DNA of 64,000 bases from Perna viridis (lineage: Eukaryota), in NCBI GenBank assembly GCA_037379345.1, contig CM074516.1:46103626-46167625 (forward strand), given 5' to 3'. This document shows positions 1-13,300 of this stretch, in pieces. Position 1 is the first letter of the stretch; each line of letters opens with the position of its first letter. Below the pieces are notes generated by a model. It was not told where the DNA came from, did not search any database, and worked only from the letters and a program-made list of their open reading frames with translations. Both the position numbers and the translations under genes were made by a program.

Positions 1-519
1 TAAGATTTGAACATCAAATATATAGATATTGTATGCCGTACATATGTACCAACCAACTCTTTTCTACATATTGCTACTTGTAAACAGCATCAAAATAATT
101 GTACATGTAACAAGCTCAGTTTCCATAATTATATTCCTATTGTTATTTGTTATCTTAACACATAAACACATAACAATTAACAACACCAGTTGAAATATAT
201 GTAATATATCAGTTCTTGTCTTAGTTTGTTGGTAAAGATTTTATTCACCAAAAGTCTTCAGTTTATGTCCATTTGGAATATTTCACACCAATGCAGTTAA
301 TTAGAATGGGACTTGCTAATTATCTGATTTAGCCATCAAGTATATGGAATCCAAAATACTGAAAGATACAAGCTGTTTGAATACCCTTTTGAGTCTCTCA
401 GGACTGAAAAGATGAAAAGTTGTGGGTAATTTTTCTCCCATTTGTTTTGTCTAGGTGTCATGACTGCTCAGTTTATAACTTTCTTTTGAAAAAAGCTTTG
501 TGTCTAACAAAGTAAAAAT

Positions 520-1168
520 TCAGCAAGAAATCTGTGAGCGATGGCTCACTACTGATACCCCCGCTTTCAACCACGTTATAAGGAAAATAAACAAAGTCTT
601 AGGTAAACAGGAAGCTGTTGTCAACTTACTTTTTCAAAATGGATCCTACCATATAGTTAAAAGAGGGAAAAAAACCAAACTCCTCAGTAAACGGGAAGTT
701 TTTGTCGAATTTTCCGAAAAATGGATCCCAATATAAAGCATAACTATGGAAAAAATGTGTTACAATTTCAAGCCACTGTGATGAGTAGTTGCTGAGAAAA
801 GCACCACAAAAATGTCAATTTTCAAAATATAAAGTCTAAAATAAAGTCCTCTATTAACATTATCGTACCATATGACATACCTAAGTACGAATACAATGTG
901 CTTAAACCTCAAGCTACTGTGATGAGTAGCTGCTGAGAAAGTTCGACGAAAAAATTTCAACTTGCAAAATATAATGTTAAAATAAGCAAAGTCCTCAGTA
1001 GAGGAATTTCTGAAAATAGATTCCACCATATGGCATAACTACAGGAAGAATATATTAAAATTCCAAGCCGCTGTGATCAGTAGATGCTTAGAAAAGTGCT
1101 ACAAAATTTCAACACAGACAAGGGTAAAACTGTATACCTCTCTGATTCAAAACAGAGGTTCAAAAATT
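520..1168 (+). mobile_element. Decayed non-autonomous Helentron-associated (HINE/pearl-like) element with internal core repeats
   Basis: 5' end caagaaatctgtgagc..gatacccccgc; three diverged ~140-155 bp core repeats (agccactgtgatgagtagttgctgagaaa near 771, 912, 1067); 3' end acagacaagggtaaaactgtatacc followed by a short hairpin. The same ends occur at 5822-5977. Confidence 0.5.
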
Positions 1169-1391
1169 ACTTTTCCTATTTAAATAGTATACAATCCAAT
1201 TTTTATGATATGAAAAGTGAACAGAGCAAACTATGAAGGCCTTCATTGACTCAGTACTTCAGTACTTTGATTTAATTTGTTAAAGCTTTCTGAAAACATT
1301 TATCTCTAATTGAATAGATATATATCTCAAATTTTTTTTCAATCATTAACATTTTAAACAAAAATCATGTGACTTTTCTGGTATGTCTTAC

Positions 1392-4300
1392 AGGATTGTA
1401 TTTCCATGGTTCTGGGAAATATTTCTCATTTCTGTGAGCCCAAAATGGTGACAGCATCAACATGTCTCCTTCAGGTATTTTCATATCCTGTAGAATAATA
1501 AGTAGTTAGACATACAAAATTCATAAAGCAGATTATATCATTAGCTACATCCTAAGAATATCTAAAATAAAAATGTATTTATTGTGCTGTGTAAAGTCCT
1601 CAAACACAACAAGAAATAAATCTAAATCATTTTCTGTAATACATGGAAAAACATATTTAATATGAAAGTGCTAGACATAAACATTTTTCCTGTTTTGCAA
1701 TGAATTGGAGAATAAAGAAAAAATGCAAAATACTTAAATGGTCCACAGGCATTTTAGCAAAAACATCAACAGGAGTCAAAATTACTATAAAATATTATGA
1801 GAATGAACAATTAAAGTAGTTATCACAATCACACCAAAATATGTACATAAAGAGTAACTAAAAAGCATTTCCATAAATGTAAAATTTGAATGAAAGGTCA
1901 ATTACACTAACCTATCCCATGGCCAATATGTAATAAACTTGTCCCAGGGTGCAATTAAAAATCTGCATATAGAGAGAGATGTACATTATAAAGTTCCAAT
2001 ATCTACAATCATTTTTGGAAAAGATCTAATAAGATGTCTAAACAGTAACAATCTGAATTTTGGATATTAAATGAATGTTAATAGATAGCTTAAGTGTAAT
2101 AAAGTAAAGATTATTTTACAATAAACTTCCTTAATTAATTAAAAAAAAAAACATTTAAAATAAATGTTGAACACTATATGTATGATCAGAAAAAGTAAGA
2201 GTTATGCAGCTATATAATGCCATAAAATAATAAAGTATGAAATTTTATTACAGGAAGTGGATACGACCAAATGTACTGGATACTAAACAACATGGGTGCA
2301 ACCTTTTGCAGTTGACAAACAAAAAATGTGTAACATACAAGAAATTCACCATAGCCTCTTACATGGTATTAAAAAATTGAGAGGAAACACTTATTTGCCC
2401 CTAACATATAATGCATACCCTTAGTTGGGACTGAGTTGCTAGCCCTGATAAAATGTCCCTCAAGGTCATTTCATCTAGCTAAATGGTTGTTTCCCTTGCC
2501 CTGGTTATCAATTTTCCAGATTGTTTTCCAAAAAGGTTTCACCCTAATTATTAGTATATCTATGGCTTTTTAGCCTAAATTATCTACTCTCACAGATTGT
2601 TTCATCCTAATTAATTTTTATTATTGGAATATTTTGGCTGTAGCTTTATTTTGGTAACATTTTTTGAAAGTGCCAAAATTAAACACACTACAGTAAAACA
2701 GATGGGGAAACTTAGAAACCTAATATAAATCAATGTATTGGTCACAATGGAGGTCAGTGATTTTTCATATTGTAATATGTAAGCAACAGACAACAGGTGT
2801 CCGACACAACAATTAAATTCATCCTTCATTTATCCAGGTAAACAATAAATCTGTTGCTAGTAGTATTAGATTTCTTTCTTGATGATGAAGGATTTTTTGC
2901 AAAAAATAAAACACTTATCATTCAGAGCCAAGCAAAATTAAACAGCAAAAATATTACACATGCATATTTTGAAAGAAAACCACAAATATATCCCAATTTA
3001 CAGTATATAATATGTATATTTCTGATTATCTATTCCCGACAGGTTGTTTCACCATGGGTTAATGTTCTACCAGCTTGTTTACCACTGATTATATATTTCC
3101 CAAAAAGGTGAATGGATATTAGGCTGGTCTGGGAATAGGGACAAAACAATCTCAAGTTGAATGGCATTGGGGCCAAACAACTTCATATATATATAGCAAA
3201 CTAAATTTTTGATCAAGACGCCCGATTCCCCAATATAAAAATTGAAAGTATATAGTACAAAAGAATCATTGCTTTTTATGAATCTGTTTAATTGACAATG
3301 TAAACCTGTTGACCCCTAATTAGAAAGAACTGGTAAACAAATACTGATCCCTCAAAACGATTGAACCTTCATTGACCCTTAACATATTCACTGTATGTTC
3401 ACTTGTGGGTTCTCACCCCATTAAAAGATTGTTTTTGAAAACAATTTTAACTACACATTCTTGCTTGAGAAACCTAGCTCACCCTCAATGTAAATGATTT
3501 GACAACGCGCCGAGTGATGATTCCAGTAGGCCGTAATCTCACAGCTTCTAAAACACACCATTTTAAATAGGGTAATCTTCTTAGGTCGTCTTCTTTAATG
3601 GTTTGTGAAATCCCTTCATGAAAGATAATGATTTCTAGAATGTTATTAAATATAAAAGCTTCAATCATGCAAAATATCATTGTTACAGTCATGTCTCCAT
3701 TGGACAGGACCATAACCCTTAGCTATCAAAGATAGAAAATATTACTGTTTTCAAATAGCTATGTATAAATGTGAATCCAGAATTATGAAAATGTGCTATA
3801 CCAAAATATGTCTCTATCAAACTTGTAGAACTTGTACTGAAGAATTAGTTTAAGTTATATATACAAATGTAACAATATTTTAACAAAAGGATGAGATAAA
3901 TTAATTTGTTTTACAAATTTAATCCCTTTTCTGCATTCACAAATGATCATTTCTCAAGTCCTATTGCCAAAAAATATGAGGTCAATCAGTTACTCATATA
4001 AAACTAATTACAATCATAAAAAAATTACTCTGACCTCAGACTTTTCTATTTGGCAAATAGAAAATTGAGTATGCACCCCTGTGATACATATAGCAAATGT
4101 TAAAATTGGTACTGGGTGTAAACTAACTTAAATCCATAGCAACCAACATGGCTTCTCATGGAAGACAAAGATTACCAAAGAAAACAGGGTATCCTCAGGT
4201 CATTGTGTCAATAAATACTTTAATGTGTATCAAATTTAGCTAAATAAACTCACATTTTCCCTCACATCAATAAATTAAGTATAAATGAAAAGAACAGACA

Positions 4301-7300
4301 AAAGGATTGATGTTTCAGTGACCCTTCTTATAATCACTCCTGGTGATCTCAATCTTATACTTTCCAAAATACAATATTTCAAATATCGGCACTTTTTCAA
4401 ATTTATTTCTGTTGTAGCCAAAGATGGACCTATGTAAAACAAAGAAAATACAATTCTTTCCTATATATGGAATAAAAAAATCAAACCATAAAAAAGGTAC
4501 ATTTGTATTAAAAATATTATATAAGATTGTGTTAGAAAAGACTTTAACAAGTGATCAAATTGAAGTAAATATTGTTGTATCAAGAACTTACTTCATTTAA
4601 ATTTTCAAAATATTTCCACCACTTATTTTTCAATTCTATCAATGATACTGTTATAATAGACTGAACAGATAACAGTACATGTAAACCACTTCTTACTAAC
4701 AAACATACATGTACATTTCACCCAAATTGAAAGAGGTGACACATTTAGGTGACTACAACATTCAACCCTGTTTTACTGAGTCCAGTTGTTCAAAACTTTA
4801 CCCGCCAGATAACTTTTTATCCAGTGGACAACTTGTATAGGTTGTACTGGACCTATCCAGTGGATAAATATTTTGAACATCTGGTCTTTTACAAAGCTAA
4901 CACTAACTTTAGACTGTAAGTAAGGAAACTGCTGCTCACACATTAAATATCAATTAAACATGAATTACTCTATCTTGAATCAAATTGTTACCTTCATATC
5001 TTATAATGAAGAATAAAGTTGATCATACTCATTTCTTAAAACTCACTAATTTGAGTAAGGACCAACTTAGTAACATACAATGATAAAATAATCATCAGTA
5101 CCCAATGTGTTATACACAAGAAAAGAAATCCAATTTATTATTTATGGCCACAAACTATTATATTTCACACTTGTTATAAAAGTTAAAAATGCATTCAATA
5201 ATAGTTCAACCTATTCTGTAATAATAAATATTTTGCCCACTTCATATCTTGATGAAACATGGTATGATTTAAATTTGGAATTATTTTGGAATTTAGAAAA
5301 CGAGGGAAAAAATAATTTGAAAAACTAACTCTTACTCAGAGGGTAAGTCATGCAGGCATGGCTAAGGGGTAAAGTTATTTGGATAATAGAAGGCAAAGAA
5401 AACTTGCTAACCCCCTTACATATGGTGGCAGGACTAACCCCTTAGTTGAGGCTAGTTTTACAAATTATTTTTTATTTGTTTTCCTAATGCCATAATAAGA
5501 CCTAATAATGGGAATCAATTAGAATTTAACTTTTGACCTTAGAAGCACTGAGAGCCTGATATCGGTCTGACAGGAAGTTAACTTGTAATGGCAAGGTAAT
5601 ATAAAGCAAGGATCTTTTTTAGTTTCGTATCTTAAACAACATAAAATGTTTATGGCTCAAATCTTAAAGTGTTGTTAAACTATGAAGAGTTGATTAAAAC
5701 TGTAAAAGACATTATTATGTATAAATATATCAATATATTTTACTTCGTCCTCTTACAGGTTACACATGCCTCATATTATACAACTATCAATTATTGAACA
5801 TTAAAGGACTCACATCATAGAAAACAAAATATCTGTGAGCAATAGGTCACAATTGATACTCCTGCTTGCACTCTGACATGATATCAGGAAAAAAGTGTTA
5901 CAGAAACATGGAAACGCAGACACATGGACAAGGATAAAACAGTATACCCTCCAATCCTTTGGAGCAGGATATAAAAATAGTACTCACAAAGAGTATAGAA
6001 TAACTAATAGCTACTAAGCATTCCAAATTGGAGGTGAAATTTAGTGCATTTCCTGATTAAGTGCTAAAAGGAAAACCAAAGTGAGAGCCAAATTAGCTAA
6101 AGCCCATACCAGGTTGTCCAAATACTTCAGTTAACTCTGCTCTCAGTTTTTTCAAGACCCTTTCATCATGCAGTATATAAGCTAAGGTCCAAAATGTAAT
6201 CTGTTTATCAAATAGAGTAACACACAATCAGATATTGAAAACATTTACAAACATTGCTTTTTTTTTATTTAAGTACAGCTCTGCCTAAAAACCTGGCAGA
6301 TGCTTATAAAGGGTGCTTCATGCATTTCTTTATACCAAATATTTTTTATTGCAAATCTTTCTGTAGGCCCCATAGAAACTGTATTTGCAAATATAAGTAG
6401 TCAACTGGAGATATTAACACTTAAATTTTAGTTATATTCTACTACAGAAAAAGTACAGGAAAACTTCCCACCAGAATTTCTACACTACAACCAGTGAAAA
6501 AATATTTCACAATAAGTAGCAGATCCAAGCACATGAACATATTAAGAGTTGTTTTCAGGACCTAACAAATGGATTTATACAGTTTCATTGATTATCTTAA
6601 GATATGATGAATCACCCCCTGCCTGGTTTTTAGGCAGAACCATACTTAACAGCTTTTTATGAGTGTATTCAAATCCAATAATACACACATTAGGGAAAAA
6701 TAAACTTTCCGTGAAAATCAAACTATTGTAACCAACAAAATTCTAGTGAATTTTGTAACACATAAGAACATGATAGCTGATATTTCAAAACAACAATTTA
6801 TATAGAAAATCTGTAATTAATTTAGTATGTTATTACATCTACTAACTGGTATATCATTAGCTAGTGAGGCCTAAAGTAACAACATCCGTAGTTCGTCTAC
6901 TTACAGGTATAGAATTAGCTAGAGAGGCCCAAAGTAACAACATCCGTAGTTCGTGAGGCCTAAAGTAACATCCGTAGATCGTGAGGCCTAAAGTAACAAC
7001 ATCCGTAGTTCGTCTACTTACTGGTATAGAATTAGCTAGTGGGGCCCAAAGTAACAACATCCGTAGTTCGTGAGGCCTAAAGTAACAACATCCGTAGTTC
7101 GTCTACTTACAGGTATAGTATTAGCTAGTGAGGCCCAAAGTAACAACATCCGTAGTTCGTGGGGCCCAAAGTAACAACATCCGTAGTTCGTGGGGCCTTA
7201 AGTAACAACATCCGTAATTCGTGGGGCCTAAAGTAACAACATCCGTAGTTCCTCTACTTACAGGTATAGAATTAGCTAGTGGGGCCTAAAGTAACAACAT

Positions 7301-10300
7301 CCGTAGTTCGTCTACTTACAGGTATAGAATTAGCTAGTGGGGCCTAAAGTAACAACATCTGTAGTTCGTGAGGCCTAAAGTAACAACATCCGTAGTTCGT
7401 CTACTTACAGGTATAGAATTAGCTAGTGGGGCCCAAAGTAACAACATCCGTAGTTCGTCTACTTACAGGTATAGCATTAGCTAGTGAGGCCTAAAGTAAC
7501 AACATCCGTAGTTCATGGGGCCCAAAGTAACAACATCCGTAGTTCGTCTACTTACAGGTATAGCATTAGCTAGTGGGGCCCAAAGTAACAACATCCGTAG
7601 TTCGTGAGGCCTAAAGTAACAACATCCGTAGTTCGTCTACTTACAGGTATAGAATTAGCTAGTGGGGCCCAAAGTAACAACATCCGTAGTTCGTGGGGCC
7701 CAAAGTAACAACATCCGTAGTTCGTCTACTTACAGGTATAGAATTAGCTAGTGAGGCCCAAAGTAACAACATCCGTAGTTCGTCTACTTACAGGTATAGT
7801 ATTAGCTAGTGAGGCCCAAAGTAACAACATCTGTAGTTCGTGGGGCCCAAAGTAACAACATCCGTAGTTCGTCTACTTACAGGTATAGCATTAGCTAGTG
7901 GGGCCCAAAGTAACAACATCCGTAGTTCGTGAGGCCTAAAGTAACAACATCCGTAGTTCCTCTACTTACAGGTATAGTATTAGCTAGTGAGGCCCAAAGT
8001 AACAACATCCGTAGTTCGTGAGGCCTAAAGTAACAACATCCGTAGTTCGTCTACTTACAGGTATAGAATTAGCTAGTGGGGCCCAAAGTAACAACATCCG
8101 TAGTTCGTGGGGCCCAAAGTAACAACATCCGTAGTTCGTCTACTTACAGGTATAGAATTAGCTAGTGAGGCCCAAAGTAACAACATCCGTAGTTCGTCTA
8201 CTTACAGGTATAGCATTAGCTAGTGAGGCCCAAAGTAACAACATCCGTAGTTCGTGGGGCCCAAAGTAACAACATCTGTAGTTCGTCTACATACAGGTAT
8301 AGCATTAGCTAGTGGGGCCCAAAGTAACAACATCCGTAGTTCGTGAGGCCTAAAGTAACAACATCCGTAGTTCGTCTACTTACAGGTATAGAATTAGCTA
8401 GTGAGGCCCAAAGTAACAACATCCGTAGTTCGTGAGGCCTAAAGTAACAACATCCGTAGTTCATCTACTTACAGGTATAGAATTAGCTAGTGGGGCCCAA
8501 AGTAACAACATCCGTAGTTCGTCTACTTACAGGTATAGAATTAGCTAGTGGGGCCCAAAGTAACAACATCCGTAGTTCGTCTACTTACAGGTATAGAATT
8601 GGCTAGTGGGGCCTAAAGTAACAACATCCGTAGTTCGTGAGGCCTAAAGTAACAACATCCGTAGTTCGTCTACTTACAGGTATAGCATTAGCTAGTGGGG
8701 CCTAAAGTAACAACATCCGTAGTTCGTGGGGCCCAAAGTAACAACATCCGTAGTTCGTGGGGCCCAAAGTAACAACATCCGTAGTTCGTCTACTTACAGG
8801 TATAGCATTAGCTAGTGAGGCCCAAAGTAACAACATCCGTAGTTCGTGAGGCCTAAAGTAACAACATCCGTAGTTCGTGAGGCCTAAAGTAACAACATCC
8901 GTAGTTCGTGGGGCCCAAAGTAACAACATCCGTAGTTCGTCTACTTACAGGTATAGCATTAGCTAGTGGGGCCCAAAGTAACAACATCCGTAGTTCCTGA
9001 GGCCTAAAGTAACAACATCCGTAGTTCGTCTACTTACAGGTATAGCATTAGCTAGTGGGGCCCAAAGTAACAACATCCGTAGTTCGTGAGGCCTAAAGTA
9101 ACAACATCCATAGTTCGTCTATTTACAGATATAGAATTAGCTAGTGGGGCCTAAAGTAACAACATCCGTAGTTCGTGAGGCCTAAAGTAACAACATCCGT
9201 AGTTCGTCTACTTACAGGTATAGAATTAGCTAGTGGGGCCCAAAGTAACAACATCCGTAGTTCGTCTACTTACAGGTATAGAATTAGCTAGTGGGGCCCA
9301 AAGTAACAACATCCATAGTTCGTCTACTTACAGGTATAGAATTAGCTAGTGGGGCCTAAAGTAACAACATCTGTAGTTCGTGAGGCCTAAAGTAACAACA
9401 TCCGTAGTTCGTGGGGCCCAAAGTAACAACATCCGTAGTTCGTCTACTTACAGGTATAGCATTAGCTAGTGGGGCCTAAAGTAACAACATCCGTAGTTCC
9501 TGAGGCCTAAAGTAACAACATCCGTAGTTCGTCTACTTACAGGTATAGCATTAGCTAGTGAGGCCCAAAGTAACAACATCCGTAGTTCCTGAGGCCTAAA
9601 GTAACAACATCCGTAGTTCGTCTACTTACAGGTATAGCATTAGCTAGTGAGGCCTAAAGTAACAACATCCGTAGTTCATGGGGCCCAAAGTAACAACATC
9701 CGTAGTTCGTCTACTTACAGGTATAGCATTAGCTAGTGGGGCCCAAAGTAACAACATCCGTAGTTCGTGAGGCCTAAAGTAACAACATCCGTAGTTCGTC
9801 TACTTACAGATATAGAATTAGCTAGTGGGGCCTAAAGTAACAACATCCGTAGTTCGTGAGGCCTAAAGTAACAACATCCGTAGTTTGTCTACTTACAGGT
9901 ATAGAATTAGCTAGTGGGGCCCAAAGTAACAACATCCGTAGTTCGTCTACTTACAGGTATAGCATTAGCTAGTGGGGCCCAAAGTAACAACATCCGTAGT
10001 TCATGGGGCCCAAAGTAACAACATCCGTAGTTCATCTACTTACAGATATAGAATTAGCTAGTGAGGCCCAAAGTAACAACATCCGTAGTTCATGGGGCCC
10101 AAAGTAACAACATCCGTAGTTCATCTACTTACAGATATAGAATTAGCTAGTGAGGCCCAAAGTAACAACATCCGTAGTTCGTCTACTTACAGGTATAGAA
10201 TTAGCTAGTGAGGCCCAAAGTAACAACATCCGTAGTTCGTGAGGCCTAAAGTAACAACATCCGTAGTTCGTCTACTTACAGGTATAGCATTAGCTAGTGA

Positions 10301-13300
10301 GGCCCAAAGTAACAACATCCGTAGTTCGTGGGGCCTGAAGTAACAACATCCGTAGTTCGTCTACTTACAGATATAGAATTAGCTAGTGGGGCCTAAAGTA
10401 ACAACATCCGTAGTTCGTGAGGCCTAAAGTAACAACATCCGTAGTTCGTCTACTTACAGGTATAGAATTAGCTAGTGAGGCCCAAAGTAACAACATCCGT
10501 AGTTCGTCTACTTACAGGTATAGAATTAGCTAGTGGGGCCCAAAGTAACAACATCCATAGTTCGTCTACTTACAGGTATAGAATTAGCTAGTGGGGCCTA
10601 AAGTAACAACATCCGTAGTTCATGGGGCCCAAAGTAACAACATCCGTAGTTCGTCTACTTACAGGTATAGCATTAGCTAGTGGGGCCCAAAGTAACAACA
10701 TCCGTAGTTCGTGAGGCCTAAAGTAACAACATCCGTAGTTCGTCTACTTACAGGTATAGAATTAGCTAGTGGGGCCTAAAGTAACAACATCCGTAGTTCG
10801 TGAGGCCTAAAGTAACAACATCCGTAGTTCGTCTACTTACAGGTATAGAATTAGCTAGTGGGGCCTAAAGTAACAACATCCGTAGTTCGTGAGGCCTAAA
10901 GTAACAACATCCGTAGTTCGTCTACTTACAGGTATAGCATTAGCTAGTGAGGCCCAAAGTAACAACATCCGTAGTTCGTGGGGCCCAAAGTAACAACATC
11001 CGTAGTTCGTCTACTTACAGGTATAGCATTAGCTAGTGGGGCCTAAAGTAACAACATCCGTAGTTCGTGGGGCCCAAAGTAACAACATCCATAGTTCGTC
11101 TATTTACAGATATAGAATTAGCTAGTGAGGCCCAAAGTAACAACATCCGTAGTTCCTCTACTTACAGGTATAGTATTAGCTAGTGAGGCCCAAAGTAACA
11201 ACATCTGTAGTTCGTGAGGCCCAAAGTAACAACATCCGTAGTTCGTCTACTTACAGGTATAGCATTAGCTAGTGGGGCCTAAAGTAACAACATCCGTAGT
11301 TCATGGGGCCCAAAGTAACAACATCCGTAGTTCGTCTACTTACAGGTATAGCATTAGCTAGTGGGGCCCAAAGTAACAACATCCGTAGTTCATGGGGCCC
11401 AAAGTAACAACATCTGTAGTTCGTCTACTTACAGGTATAGCATTAGCTAGTGGGGCCCAAAGTAACAACATCCATAGTTCGTCTATTTACAGATATAGAA
11501 TTAGCTAGTGAGGCCCAAAGTAACAACATCCGTAGTTCCTCTACTTACAGGTATAGTATTAGCTAGTGAGGCCCAAAGTAACAACATCTGTAGTTCGTGA
11601 GGCCCAAAGTAACAACATCCGTAGTTCGTCTACTTACAGGTATAGCATTAGCTAGTGGGGCCTAAAGTAACAACATCCGTAGTTCCTGAGGCCCAAAGTA
11701 ACAACATCTGTAGTTCGTCTACTTACAGGTATAGCATTAGCTAGTGAGGCCCAAAGTAACAACAAACTGTAGTTTGGTTTGTAATCATCCTGTACCAACT
11801 GTAACAGGGTCTGCAGTAATGTCTATGAAAAACATGGGTTAATTGGGTTTAGTTCTCAGGCTATAAATCACAATGTTGTATGGATTTTAGGTTTTATATT
11901 TTTACTGGTGTTTTATGTAGCATGTGTAGCTTTTAAAAGAGAGAGGGGGTACATTACTTTTGAAATTGAGAGGCCTGTATTCTATATGCTTACAATATAG
12001 AATCAATTAGTGAGCAATATGAATAAAATTAACACACTACAGAAATATAGAGATGAAGATGAAGTACTTGATATTTACATAGTAGTATTGAAAGTTTCAC
12101 TACAACAGCAGAATAGCACTGAGACTATTACCTGTGGTATCAGGATATCTGCTCAAGGAGACTAGATAGTAGCAACACACCTCCTCTTTAAGGACATTTT
12201 GTTTCAATTTCATAGGCTTTTAAATCTAATTTTTATTTTAATGCAAATGCATCCTAAACCTTTTTAACATTTTAGAATAGATGAGTTGTCTATATATTGT
12301 ACTTCAACTTATTTAAAAACAAAAACAAAAAAAACACTAAATGCAAATTACACAGGTTTTAGTAGTACTGTTAATGTATCTGTACTGTTTTAATTATACC
12401 AGAATTACAGACTTCAATTTACATTTTAAATGTAATTGAGACTTGAATTGATTCTACTCTTTTCTAAACTATTCCAATGTTATATTCAAAACCCAACCTC
12501 TTCCTCATCCCTGGCTTTAGTTCCTTGTAACTTCTGTACCACACCACCAAACAAAGTCAGCAGGTACTTCTTGGCTGTACACCAGTCCCTGAAAAAAAAT
12601 CTTAACTTTGATCTAGGTTTTATATTTCAGGAATTGGATATCTTTAAAAGTGACCAAACATTTGCACTTTAGTATTTATTTTCATTATGGCTGTTACAAG
12701 GATAACTAAAAAATTCTAGTGAATCAATATCAGATTGTTGATTTATACAATTGTGTGCATTTTATTATTTTTTTTACTTACTTTAGAAAGAACGGGGGTA
12801 ACCTTGCCCCATACTCAAAGTGATCATCAAATATGACAAACATCTTCTCTAGTTTCTCAAATTCCTTCTGTAACAGACATTAACAAATCTTCTAATTCTT
12901 GTAAACAACACTTTGTTGATAGATGGTTACAATCCTATAGGCTTTATGACTGTGGTTACAATCCTATAGGCTTTAGGACTATGGTTACAATCCTATAGGC
13001 TTTAGGTCTGTGGTTACAATCCTATAGGCTTTATGACTGTGGTTACAATCCTAAAGACTTTACGACTATGGTTACAATCCTATAAGCTTTAGGTCTGTGG
13101 TTACAATCCTATAGGCTTTATGACTGTGACCACAATCCTATAGGCTTTATGACTGCAGTTTCAATCCTATAGGCTTTAGGTCCGTGTTTACAATCCTATA
13201 GGCTTTATGACTGTGACCACAATCCTATAGGCTTTATGACTGCAGTTTCAATCCTATAGGCTTTAGGTCCGTGTTTACAATCCTATAGGCTTTATGACAG

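Noticed and set aside
6857-8929. Short ORFs 6857-7060 and 8702-8929 (MLLLWA...) as separate genes
   Set aside because: They are chance open stretches of the exon-derived repeat.
6840-11764. CRISPR-like appearance (constant 31-bp repeat with an intervening 27-bp segment)
   Set aside because: The intervening segments are near-identical rather than unique spacers, derive from the host exon and donor, and there are no cas genes; the context is a eukaryotic intron.
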